64,000 nt of DNA, from the NCBI GenBank assembly GCA_965237415.1, contig CBDEFM010000002.1, positions 2,400,001 through 2,464,000 of the forward strand, given 5' to 3'. The notes under the pieces were generated by a model, which was not told the DNA's origin, made no database searches, and saw only the letters and a program-made list of their open reading frames with translations. Both the position numbers and the translations under genes were made by a program. This document shows, in pieces, positions 9,500-18,388 of the stretch (its first letter is position 1; each line of letters starts with the position of its first letter). This stretch comes from Alphaproteobacteria bacterium (lineage in GTDB: Bacteria > Pseudomonadota > Alphaproteobacteria > UBA828).

Positions 9500-10576
9500 A
9501 TGCAGAACGGAGCAGTGAGAGTGCTCGTGGTGGGCGTCGGCAACATGGGGCTCAGCCACGCGCTCGCATACGAGAAGATCGATGGCTTCGAGCTCGTCGG
9601 GCTGTGCAGCCGGAGCATCCGCGGACGCAACGACCTGCCCGCCGAACTCGCGTCTCTGCCACGCTACGAGAACGTCGACGAGGCGATTGCCGAGTCCCGC
9701 CCCGACGCGGTCTCGATCAACACCTACCCGAACACCCACGAGGAGCTCTGCCTCAAGGCCTTCGACGCCGGCTGTCACGTCTTCGTCGAGAAGCCGCTGG
9801 CCACCACCGTGGCCGGCGCCCAGGCGGTGGTGGACAAGGCGCGCGAGGCCGGCAAGAAGCTGGTCGTCGGCTACATCCTGCGCGTGCACCCGGCCTGGCA
9901 GGAGTTCATTCAGCGCGCCCGCACGCTGGGCAAGCCGCTGGTCATGCGCATGAACCTCAATCAGCAGAGCCGGGGGCCGGCCTGGAATTGGCACCGCAAC
10001 CTCATGGATTCGCTGACGCCGATCGTCGATTGCGGGGTCCACTACGTGGACGTCATGTGCCAGATGACCGGCGCGAAGCCGGTCCGCGTGCATGGCATCG
10101 GCGCCCAGCTCTCCGACCAGACCAAGCGGCAGAACTACGGCCACCTCCATGTCGAGTTCGACGACGGCTCCGTGGGCTGGTACGAGGCCGGCTGGGGCCC
10201 GATGATGAGCGAGGTCGCGTTCTTCGTGAAGGACGTGGTCGGGCCCAAGGGCTGCGTCAGCATCGTCATGCCGCAGGAGGGGCAGGATCACGCCGCCTCC
10301 GACGATATCGACTCGCACACCAAGACGAACGCGCTGCTCTGCCATTCGAGCGAGATCGACGAGGCCAACAACTTCGTGCACGAGGATGAGTGGGTCGACA
10401 TGGCCGACGAACCGACCCATCAGGAGCTGTGCGACCGGGAGCAGGCGTTCCTGCTCAAGGCGATCCGCGAGGACCTCGACCTTTCCGAGCACATGGAGAG
10501 CGCGGTCAACAGCCTGCGCATCGTTATCGCCGCCGATGAGAGCATCAAGCGGCGTGAGGTCGTGCATCTCGGCTGA
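9500..10576 (+). CDS. Gfo/Idh/MocA family oxidoreductase
   Basis: VGVGNMG Rossmann motif, HVFVEKPLA, DCGVHYVD. Confidence 0.9.
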   Translation: MQNGAVRVLVVGVGNMGLSHALAYEKIDGFELVGLCSRSIRGRNDLPAELASLPRYENVDEAIAESRPDAVSINTYPNTHEELCLKAFDAGCHVFVEKPLATTVAGAQAVVDKAREAGKKLVVGYILRVHPAWQEFIQRARTLGKPLVMRMNLNQQSRGPAWNWHRNLMDSLTPIVDCGVHYVDVMCQMTGAKPVRVHGIGAQLSDQTKRQNYGHLHVEFDDGSVGWYEAGWGPMMSEVAFFVKDVVGPKGCVSIVMPQEGQDHAASDDIDSHTKTNALLCHSSEIDEANNFVHEDEWVDMADEPTHQELCDREQAFLLKAIREDLDLSEHMESAVNSLRIVIAADESIKRREVVHLG

Positions 10577-10630
10577 GGGCGCGCATCGTCGCGGCCGGGG
10601 GCACGAGAAGAGTCCTAGGAGGGGCAAGTC

Positions 10631-12058
10631 ATGGCAACGGCGGATCTCGAGCTTTGCTATCTGACGGCGAGCGAGGCGTTGGGGCGGTTCAAGGCGCGCA
10701 CGCTCTCGCCGGTCGAGCTGTTGGACGCGCAAATCGCGCGTGCGCGGGCGATCAACCCCAAGGTCAACGCCATCACTTACGATTTTTTCGACCGGGCGCG
10801 TGAGCAGGCGAAGAAGGCCGAGGCCAAGTACGGGCAAACCGACGGTCGCGTACGGGCACTCGAAGGCGTGCCGGTGGCGATCAAGGACTTTCACCCGGTC
10901 AAGGGCGAAATCACGACCTTCGGCTCCAAGATCTTCGAGGACTTTCGGCCGGACTACACCGCGCCGACGGTCGACCGGCTGTTGCGCGCCGGCGCCATCA
11001 TGCACATGCGCACCACGTCCCCCGAATTCGCATACTCCGGTGCCACCCATAGCCCGCTCTGGGGGATCACGCCCAACCCGTGGAACCTGGAGTACACCTC
11101 CGGCGGCTCCTCCGGCGGCGCGGGCGCGGCGGCGGCCGGCGGTATGACCACGCTCGCCGACGGGACCGACGGCGGCGGCTCGATCCGTATCCCGGCGTCG
11201 GCCTGCGGCCTCTTCGGCTACAAACCGCCTTACGGTCGCAATCCGCTGGATCGCGACCATCCCTTCGAGACGATCCTGCATTACGGTCCCATAGTCCGCA
11301 GCGTCGCCGATGCCGCGCTGATGCAGAACGTCATGTCCGGCCCGCACCCGGAGGATCTCAGCTCCCTGCCAGGGAGGGTCCGGCTGCCTTCGACCTACGA
11401 CGACATTCGGGGCTGGAAGGTCGCTTTAAGCATGGACCTCGGCTACCTCCAGATCGACCCGGAGGTGCAGGAGAACACGCGGCGCGCGGCCGACACATTC
11501 CGCGCCCTCGGTTGCGAGGTCGAAGAGGTCGATCTCGGCTGGAATTTCGGCGTCCTCGACTGCTGGATGACGTGGTGGGAAGGCCTTTTCGCCGGCATCG
11601 CCGGCGAGTTCCTGCCTCGCTGGCAGTATGAGATGGACCCATTCGTCGTGAGACTGCTGGAGAAGGGGATGAGCCACAGCGCCGCCCGCCTCTACCAGTG
11701 CTACAGCTTCCGCGGCTGGATGTGGCAGCAGCTGCAGCCGATCCTCAAGTCCCACGACATTTTGATCTGCCCGACGCTCGCAGTGCCGGCGGTGAAGGCC
11801 GATCACGACGACGCGGACCCCGATTTCGAGATCAACGGGGTCCGCCTTCCCGCCTATGTCGGCTGGGTCTGCACCAACCCCTTCAATCTGCTCAGCCAGT
11901 GCCCGGTGATGAGCGTGCCGACCGGCTTCTCCTCCTACGGCGTACCGACCGGCATGCAGATCGTGGGCCGGCCCTACGACGATCACGCCGTGTTCCGCGC
12001 GTCCGCCGCCTTCGAGGGCGCGACGACACCCTGGCGCGACAAGCGGCCTGCGATCTAG
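10631..12058 (+). CDS. Amidase signature family protein
   Basis: GVPVAIKD, GGSSGG, GTDGGGSIRIPA. Confidence 0.93.
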   Translation: MATADLELCYLTASEALGRFKARTLSPVELLDAQIARARAINPKVNAITYDFFDRAREQAKKAEAKYGQTDGRVRALEGVPVAIKDFHPVKGEITTFGSKIFEDFRPDYTAPTVDRLLRAGAIMHMRTTSPEFAYSGATHSPLWGITPNPWNLEYTSGGSSGGAGAAAAGGMTTLADGTDGGGSIRIPASACGLFGYKPPYGRNPLDRDHPFETILHYGPIVRSVADAALMQNVMSGPHPEDLSSLPGRVRLPSTYDDIRGWKVALSMDLGYLQIDPEVQENTRRAADTFRALGCEVEEVDLGWNFGVLDCWMTWWEGLFAGIAGEFLPRWQYEMDPFVVRLLEKGMSHSAARLYQCYSFRGWMWQQLQPILKSHDILICPTLAVPAVKADHDDADPDFEINGVRLPAYVGWVCTNPFNLLSQCPVMSVPTGFSSYGVPTGMQIVGRPYDDHAVFRASAAFEGATTPWRDKRPAI

Positions 12059-12096
12059 GGCTATAACGCCATGTGCCACGCCCAAAGGAGTCCGCA

Positions 12097-12726
12097 ATGA
12101 AACTCTACAGTTGGGGCGCCGCGCCCAATCCGCGCCGGGTGTTGATCTATTTGGCCGAGAAGGGCATCGAGCTTGAGGTGGTGGAGGCGGGCGAGGGCGC
12201 GCATCTCACCGACCACTATCTCGCCCGCTACGACGGGCGCATCGTACCGATGCTGGAGCTCGACGACGGCACGCAGATCGGCGAGGCGATGGCGATCTGC
12301 CGCTACCTCGAAGACGGGTACCCCGCGCCGCCGCTCTTCGGCGTGAACCGGCGGGACCGCGCCCTCGTCGAGATGTGGGAACGCCGCGCCGAGACCGAGG
12401 CCTTCGCCGGCTTGGCGGAGGTGTTTCGCAATTCGACCCCCGCCTTCGCCGGCCGGGGCCTGCCGGGCTTCGAGGAGCCGATCGAGCAGATTCCGGCCCT
12501 GATCGAGCGTGGCAAGAAGCGGCTCGCCCGCTTCTACGGACGCATCGAGCGCCAGCTTGCGGACAACCGCTTCATCGCGGGCCCACGCTTCAGCGTCGCC
12601 GACATCACCGCATTCTGCGCCGTTGAGTTTGCGACCAAGGCCGCCAAGGTCGGGCTGCCGGAGGATCACACCAACGCCCGGCGCTGGCACGCCGAGGTCT
12701 CCGCCCGCCCGAGCATCGCCGGCTAG
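12097..12726 (+). CDS. Glutathione S-transferase family protein
   Basis: APNPRRV, VPMLELDDG, AICRYLE, FSVADI; AGGAG upstream of ATG. Confidence 0.9.
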   Translation: MKLYSWGAAPNPRRVLIYLAEKGIELEVVEAGEGAHLTDHYLARYDGRIVPMLELDDGTQIGEAMAICRYLEDGYPAPPLFGVNRRDRALVEMWERRAETEAFAGLAEVFRNSTPAFAGRGLPGFEEPIEQIPALIERGKKRLARFYGRIERQLADNRFIAGPRFSVADITAFCAVEFATKAAKVGLPEDHTNARRWHAEVSARPSIAG

Positions 12727-12772
12727 CGCCCGGCCCGCCGGCGGCTCCCACCCGCGGAACCGGAGACGGTGC

Positions 12773-12812
12773 TTGTGGCTGCTGCCTGACGTAGCTACAA
12801 TAGGCCTACATC
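12773..12812 (+). promoter_or_regulatory. Putative TA promoter/operator
   Basis: TTGTGG-17 nt-TACAAT, overlapped by GTAG...CTAC inverted repeats (GTAGCTACAATAGGCCTAC) upstream of the antitoxin gene. Confidence 0.5.
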
Positions 12813-12827
12813 TAAGGAGCGACACAG

Positions 12828-13085
12828 ATGAGCGCCGATAGCGTCGTACGGGCGCGGATCGACAGCGATACCAAGGCGCGGGCCACGGAGGCTCTTCATG
12901 ATATGGGGCTGACGGTGTCCGATGCGATCCGCTTGATGTTGCTGAGGGTGGCCGACGAGAAGCGGCTGCCATTCGCGGTACAGGTGCCCAACGCCACCAC
13001 CGTCAAGGCCATGAGGGAGCTGGAGGAGGGCAAGGGAAAGCGCTTCGCCGACACGGACGAGCTGTTCGAGGACATCGGCGTCTGA
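12828..13085 (+). CDS. dinJ: RelB/DinJ family type II antitoxin
   Basis: VVRARID...GLTVSDAIRLML...LPF...PNATT. Confidence 0.9.
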   Translation: MSADSVVRARIDSDTKARATEALHDMGLTVSDAIRLMLLRVADEKRLPFAVQVPNATTVKAMRELEEGKGKRFADTDELFEDIGV

Positions 13086-13086
13086 C

Positions 13087-13359
13087 GTGCTGATCCCGGT
13101 CCGGTCCACGCAATTCAAGCGGGACGTGAGGAGAGCGCAAAGGCGCGACAAGGACCTGACCAAGCTTCGACCCCCGTTGACGGCGTTGATCCGGCAACAG
13201 TCCTTGCCCGCCCGCTATCGCGATCACCCGCTGCGAGGGGGTTGGCAGGGTTATCGGGAAATTCACATCGAGCCGGACTGGCTGCTGATTTACTGTGTCA
13301 GGGGAGATGAGTTGCGGCTGGTCCGCACAGGCTCGCACGCCGACCTCTTCAACAAGTAG
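13087..13359 (+). CDS. yafQ: YafQ family mRNA interferase toxin
   Basis: QFKRD, YRDHPLRG, REIHIEPDWLLIY, RTGSHADLF. Confidence 0.92.
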   Translation: MLIPVRSTQFKRDVRRAQRRDKDLTKLRPPLTALIRQQSLPARYRDHPLRGGWQGYREIHIEPDWLLIYCVRGDELRLVRTGSHADLFNK

Positions 13360-13416
13360 CATCGTTGGCCGGGCCCGCTGCTTGCCGCGCGTCGGGGCAC
13401 ATCTTAGACTCGTTCC

Positions 13417-13665
13417 ATGGGACAGGGCGGTGAGAAGGACGGCGAGGCGCAGACCTTCGAGAGCGCGATGCGCGAGCTCGAAGGAATCGTGCACGAGCTG
13501 GAGGCGGGAGACACCGGACTCGAAGCGGCCATCGCGGCCTATGAGCGCGGGGTCAAGCTAAAGAAATTTTGCGAAGACAAGCTCAAGCAGGCCGAGCTCC
13601 GGGTCGAGAAGATCGACGGCGATGCGGACGGCGCCGTTCGGACCGAGCCGTTCGAGACCGGCTGA
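13417..13665 (+). CDS. xseB: Exodeoxyribonuclease VII small subunit
   Basis: FESAMRELEGIV..LE...YERGVKL...C...L..AELRV. Confidence 0.93.
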   Translation: MGQGGEKDGEAQTFESAMRELEGIVHELEAGDTGLEAAIAAYERGVKLKKFCEDKLKQAELRVEKIDGDADGAVRTEPFETG

Positions 13666-13674
13666 GGGCGCCGG

Positions 13675-14562
13675 GTGACGCCGCTGGAGGATACGCTCCG
13701 CGAGTCCGCGGAGGCCGTGGACGCAGCGCTTGAGTCACTGGTCCCCGCGCCCGACGGCGCCGACGGGCGGCTCTTCGAGGCGATGCGTTATTCCCTCTTC
13801 GCGGGCGGCAAGCGGCTCAGGCCCTTCCTGGTGCTCTCGGGTGCCGACCTCTTCAATGTGCCGCGCGCCTGGACAGTCAACACCGCCGCCGCCATCGAGA
13901 TGGTGCACACCTATTCCCTGGTTCACGACGACCTGCCGGCGATGGATGACGACGACCTCCGCCGCGGCAAGCCGACCTGCCATGTCGCCTTCGACGAGGC
14001 GACGGCGATCCTGGTCGGCGATTCCCTCCTCACCCTTGCCTTCGAGGCGGTGACGGCGCCGGAGGGGCACCCGGACCCTGCGGTGCGCGCCGAGCTCGCC
14101 TGCGTGCTGGCGCGGGCCGCCGGTGGCGAAGGGATGGCCGGCGGCCAGGCCATCGACCTCGCGGCGGAGACCCGGCAGCTCACCCTCGACGAAGTGATCC
14201 AGCTGCAGCGGCTCAAGACCGGTGCGCTGTTCAACTTCTCCTGCGAGGCCGGCGCCATCCTCGCGCAGGAAGACGGCGCCGCCAGGGCGGCGCTCCGCGA
14301 CTACGCCGCCTGCATCGGGCTTGCGTTCCAGATCGCCGACGACCTGCTCGATCATGAAGGCTCGGAGGCCGATCTCGGCAAGGCTGTGGGCAAGGACGCC
14401 GCGGCCGGCAAGGCGACATTCGTGGGTCTGCTGGGTGCGGAGGAAACGCGGCGACGGGCCGAGGCGCTGGTGGATGACGCCATCGCGGCGCTCGGCGTCT
14501 TCGACGAGAAGGCGAAGCCCCTTCGCGCCGTCGCCCGCTATATCGTGGAGCGGCGCCACTGA
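13675..14562 (+). CDS. ispA: Farnesyl-diphosphate synthase (polyprenyl synthetase)
   Basis: GGKRLRP, SLVHDDLPAMDDDDLRRGKPT, FQIADDLLD. Confidence 0.93.
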   Translation: MTPLEDTLRESAEAVDAALESLVPAPDGADGRLFEAMRYSLFAGGKRLRPFLVLSGADLFNVPRAWTVNTAAAIEMVHTYSLVHDDLPAMDDDDLRRGKPTCHVAFDEATAILVGDSLLTLAFEAVTAPEGHPDPAVRAELACVLARAAGGEGMAGGQAIDLAAETRQLTLDEVIQLQRLKTGALFNFSCEAGAILAQEDGAARAALRDYAACIGLAFQIADDLLDHEGSEADLGKAVGKDAAAGKATFVGLLGAEETRRRAEALVDDAIAALGVFDEKAKPLRAVARYIVERRH

Positions 14563-15347
14563 GCCGCCATCCTGCGCAGGGCGCAACTCGCGCGCCGACC
14601 CGCCGCCCGCCAGGCAAGGAACGGCTCGACACCCTGCTCGTGGCGCGCGGCCTCGCCGAGACCAGGGCCAAGGCGCAGGCGCTGCTGCTGGCCGGCCGGG
14701 TGTTCTCCGGCGAACGCCGGCTCGACAAGGCGGGCATGCAGGTCGATCGCGACGTTGCGCTCACGGTGCGCGGCGCGGAGCACCCCTGGGTCTCGCGCGG
14801 CGGCCAAAAACTCGACCACGCGTTGACGCACTTCGGGATCGACCCGCAGGGCCTCGCTGCACTCGATGTCGGCGCGTCCACCGGCGGCTTCACCCATGTG
14901 TTGTGCGAACGCGGCGCGCGGCAGATCTATGCGGTCGATGTCGGCTACGGCCAGCTTGATGCGCGGCTGCGAAACGACCCTCGCGTAATCGTGCTGGAGC
15001 GGACCAACGCGCGTTATCTGACGAGCGCAGAGGTGCCGGAGCCGGTCGACCTCATCGTCTGCGACGCGAGCTTCATCGGCCTCCGCACGGTTCTGCCGGC
15101 GCCGCTCGCGCTCGCCGCGTCGGGCGCCCGGCTTATCGCCCTCATCAAGCCGCAGTTCGAGGCCGGGCGCGCCCGCGTGGGCAAGGGAGGCATCGTCCGC
15201 GACCCCGCCGTCCACGACGAGGTCTGCGCGACGATCCGCGATTGGCTTACAGCAGGAGGCTGGCCGGTGACGGGCCTCGTCGAAAGCCCCATCAAGGGCC
15301 GCGACGGCAACACCGAGTTTCTGATCGCCGCGCGACGCGGGCCGTGA
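14559..15347 (+). CDS. tlyA: TlyA family RNA methyltransferase (start probably CTG 14559; first canonical start is GTG 14640)
   Basis: VSRGGQKL, DVGASTGGFT, LIKPQFE, GNTEF. The S4 motif KERLDTLLVARG begins upstream of 14640 in frame. Confidence 0.9.
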   Translation: MSRHPAQGATRAPTRRPPGKERLDTLLVARGLAETRAKAQALLLAGRVFSGERRLDKAGMQVDRDVALTVRGAEHPWVSRGGQKLDHALTHFGIDPQGLAALDVGASTGGFTHVLCERGARQIYAVDVGYGQLDARLRNDPRVIVLERTNARYLTSAEVPEPVDLIVCDASFIGLRTVLPAPLALAASGARLIALIKPQFEAGRARVGKGGIVRDPAVHDEVCATIRDWLTAGGWPVTGLVESPIKGRDGNTEFLIAARRGP

Positions 15348-15413
15348 CCGTGGTGAGAAGTGCGGGTTAACCCGAAACTCGACAGCACGCTCGTCGGAGG
15401 CAAGCGGTCGAGA

Positions 15414-15899
15414 TCAAGACTTAAGTGCCAGGTCGGCGGGTGAGATCAATACGCCAAACTGGACGCACCAGATGACGACGCTCGGATAGTCTTTCAGGTC
15501 GACGCCTTTGGGAATGGGGTATTTCTGACTCCCCTCGAACGCGCGCAACTTGCCGAGATCGATATACATCGTTCCCTTGACATCCGAGGATTCGCGGATT
15601 TGTTCGTGGGGTACGAGATAGACGCGAAACGCGGGCCCCGGCCCAACTTTGAAGTCCTCTTCGAGGAACACTAAATCTTCGTAAACGGTCACGTTTCCCT
15701 CTCCGTAATGGATGGGATCGGAGGGGTTCGCGTGAATGAACATTCCCTGCGCGACGACGTCCGTTTGCTCCTCGGCGGTGAGGGTTTCCATCGCGGGCGG
15801 CGGTGGAAACACGTAAGGAAAGATGAAGAAGCCGACGGCCACGCCGAAGGCCGTTCCCATAACCCCGCCAACGAAGAATGCAATAATCCATTTCCGCAT
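15414..15899 (-). CDS. DM13 domain membrane-anchored protein
   Basis: N-terminal TM, GPGPAFRVYL, DLGKLR...GSQKYPIP, VVIWCVQF. Confidence 0.85.
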   Translation of the reverse strand: MRKWIIAFFVGGVMGTAFGVAVGFFIFPYVFPPPPAMETLTAEEQTDVVAQGMFIHANPSDPIHYGEGNVTVYEDLVFLEEDFKVGPGPAFRVYLVPHEQIRESSDVKGTMYIDLGKLRAFEGSQKYPIPKGVDLKDYPSVVIWCVQFGVLISPADLALKS

Positions 15900-16564
15900 C
15901 GCCACCTCCTTCAGCTCTACTGGCCGCAACCCTGCCCATTTTAGCCGCAATGCAAGACCACAAAAAAAAGGAATGGAACGCGCATACTTTGCAAACAGAA
16001 CGGACTCAGACGATAAATCCGAATCGAACTAATTACCTTCAATATAGAGAGTAGTTCCGTCGCTCTGCCCTTTCAAGGGGTGACGGCTGACGTTGTTGAA
16101 ATCCCTGAACGGAGCGTCGTCGCGGAAGGCTCATGGTCCTGTGCCGACCGTAGCCACCTCCGATCTGCCCCTACGCTTGGGCTGGGGCGGGCGATCCGGC
16201 CAAAGCAGGCTCCGAACGTCGATTTCCATCACTTGATCCGGACCATGGTGCGATGCACGGGGCGCGGCCCCTGCACCAGGATCGCGCCATGCGGCGCGAG
16301 GACGAACGGGGCACGGCATGTGGAATGAGCAGGCGCGGGCGCACCGGTCCCGCGCGCACGACGTTGCGCGACTCTCGTGTGGCCGTTCAGGCACGGCTAA
16401 CCCAGGTACGCGCGACCCGCGCCACGCGCCGCCGGTCGTCTCGCGGAATCCCACTTATCCCACTTAATCCCGGCAAATCCCGCACAAAAAAGTGCGTGAT
16501 TATCCCCTTGACGTACGTTTCCTGCTGAGACACGATCCCCCCCTTACTGAGGGAGGGCCCGGGT

Positions 16565-16870
16565 TTGCCGGACGATCAAGGGAAGCTTACCGAGGCGGAC
16601 AAAGCCACGGTGAAAGAGTGGCTGCAGAACAAGTGGTCACAGGATTCTCGTTGCGCCGTGTGCAACCAGAACAATTGGTCTGTGGGCGACCATACAGTAG
16701 CCGCTGCAACCGTAAACGATCACGGCTCTGCCCTTTTTTCCGGCCCAATGTACCCGCACGTAATGCTCATTTGCATGAACTGCGGGCACACAATATTCTT
16801 CAATGCCGCTCTTATGGAGATCCTGGCGAGTATCGCAAAATCAAAAAACGAGGACGCCGATGGGGAGTAA
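16565..16870 (+). CDS. IS passenger: small zinc-ribbon protein
   Basis: CAVC...CMNCGH; GAGG upstream; lower GC than host; inside the IRs. Confidence 0.7.
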   Translation: MPDDQGKLTEADKATVKEWLQNKWSQDSRCAVCNQNNWSVGDHTVAAATVNDHGSALFSGPMYPHVMLICMNCGHTIFFNAALMEILASIAKSKNEDADGE

Positions 16871-17270
16871 CGACCCTGGGAGTGGCGGTCCCCGACTCAA
16901 CCTCCGGCCGGACAAAACATACACAATTAAGCGTACGCAACCGGACGAGATCGTCCGGCATGACATATCAGACGAGGAGTTGACTGCCTTGTCTGATACC
17001 AAGAGGGGTGGCCTCTGGGAGGCAATGTGGATCGCGCTTGGAATGTCTGCCGGTTTTGCAGAGACCGCAGTTTCGGCGATAGTCGACCGCTTCTCGAGCG
17101 ACGAAGTGCAACCGATCAGTGCTGGTGACTTAGCACAAGCAATAATTTTCTTCTGCGCGTTGATTGCTTTTGTAATTTTATGGCTCGTGCACGGGAGCAA
17201 GAGAAAGGGGGCTAAAGAACTCGTAGAAGAAATACGGCGGAGATCAACACAGGAGGTGGACAGTGGCTAG
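16860..17270 (+). CDS. IS passenger: two-TM membrane protein
   Basis: Two hydrophobic segments; ATG 16860 with GAGGA upstream, overlapping the previous stop. Confidence 0.7.
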   Translation: MGSNDPGSGGPRLNLRPDKTYTIKRTQPDEIVRHDISDEELTALSDTKRGGLWEAMWIALGMSAGFAETAVSAIVDRFSSDEVQPISAGDLAQAIIFFCALIAFVILWLVHGSKRKGAKELVEEIRRRSTQEVDSG

Positions 17271-17553
17271 GGGACGCTATCTTAGTCTTGATGAGGCTCG
17301 GCGGGACAGCCAGATTGGGCAGTTCTGCAGGGAGCATCCATCTGAGGGTGATCCAAGGCAATTCACAAAACTGATGTCAGCCATGACTAGAACGCTGCCA
17401 ACAGTCGATCAAACATCCGATCCGGGCTCGTCCGCATATTGTAGCGATACTCAAACTCCTTCACGTACTTCGGCAGATGCTTCCCCGAAACGTGAACATG
17501 AGTCCCGCGAATCGACAGCTTCAGACGCGCCCAAAAGCCCTCAAGGCCATTGA
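17263..17553 (+). CDS. IS passenger: small hypothetical protein overlapping the transposase 3' end in antisense
   Basis: AGGAGG ribosome-binding site before GTG 17263; coupled to the upstream ORF. Confidence 0.55.
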   Translation: MARGRYLSLDEARRDSQIGQFCREHPSEGDPRQFTKLMSAMTRTLPTVDQTSDPGSSAYCSDTQTPSRTSADASPKREHESRESTASDAPKSPQGH

Positions 17554-18241
17554 CGTGACTGTCGCCGCTCACATACTCGCCCAGCCCGTGATTGACCGTC
17601 TCGTGCCTGTAGCCGGCTTTGTCGAGGCCGGTGTAGGAACCCAGCTCGTCGGTATGGACGGTGCTGCCCGGCTCGACATTCTCGGCAATGATTGGATGCA
17701 GCGTGCGCTTACGGACGTTCGGAACGACATTCGCCATGATGTCGCCGCTACGTTCCAACATCCCGAAGACGATGGTCTTGTTCGGAGCACCGCGCCCACG
17801 CTTTCCGCCAGACCGTTTCCCGCCAACATAGGTTTCGTCGGCCTCAACAGCGCCGCCCAACGGGGGCTCGCCGTTCACTTTGGCCATGTATTTGCGAATC
17901 TCGTGCCCCATGCGCCATGCGCATTTGTAGGTGACGCCCAATTGCCTTTGCAGCTCCTTCGCGGGGACGCCATGCCGCGTCGTGGTGAACAGGTACATCG
18001 CATAGAACCACTTCTGAAGCGGTGTGTGGGACTTCTCAAATGGCGTCCCGACCATTGGGTGAATGTGGTGACCGCAGCGCGGGCAGGAATAGGCCGGTTT
18101 CTTGCTCAGGCGGTAGAATTTGCCCACCTTCCCGCACTTGAGGCACTCAACTTCATTGCCGTAGCGGGTTTGCCACAAATGCTCCAAGCAAGCATCGTCG
18201 GTCGGGAACTGGCGGAAGAACTCTGTGACGGTGAGTGTCAT
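17387..18241 (-). CDS. IS1595 family transposase
   Basis: Zn ribbon CLKC/CPRC, HTH, EADETYVGG, HTDE, NGLEGFW, EFEYRYNMR; AGGAGG upstream of ATG. Confidence 0.95.
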   Translation of the reverse strand: MTLTVTEFFRQFPTDDACLEHLWQTRYGNEVECLKCGKVGKFYRLSKKPAYSCPRCGHHIHPMVGTPFEKSHTPLQKWFYAMYLFTTTRHGVPAKELQRQLGVTYKCAWRMGHEIRKYMAKVNGEPPLGGAVEADETYVGGKRSGGKRGRGAPNKTIVFGMLERSGDIMANVVPNVRKRTLHPIIAENVEPGSTVHTDELGSYTGLDKAGYRHETVNHGLGEYVSGDSHVNGLEGFWARLKLSIRGTHVHVSGKHLPKYVKEFEYRYNMRTSPDRMFDRLLAAF

Positions 18242-18388
18242 GGCATTGCCTCCTGACACTCAATATAGGGACTCTGGCCACGTACGTCAAGGGGATAATC
18301 GCCAAAAAGTGTGTTGCCCGAGGTGGGACGCGGAACCGGACCGCGAGGGTGGTGAGAAATGCGGGCCAAGCGGTGGCCCATGTTGACC

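Larger units (their letters stand above)
16495..18303 (-). mobile_element. IS1595-family transporter IS with passenger genes (1809 bp)
   Basis: 24-bp IRs CGTGATTATCCCCTTGACGTACGT / ACGTACGTCAAGGGGATAATCGCC; 8-bp DR AAAAAGTG at 16487..16494 and 18304..18311. Confidence 0.93.
16240..18368. repeat. Intergenic repeat element copy A (about 310 bp net), interrupted by the IS1595 element
   Basis: Blocks GGACCATGGTGCG, ATCGCGCCATGCG, CCGCGCGCACG, ATCCCACTTATCCCACTTAATCCCG, GCCCGAGG..GGAACCGGA and the end motif are collinear with 36961..37338. Confidence 0.75.
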
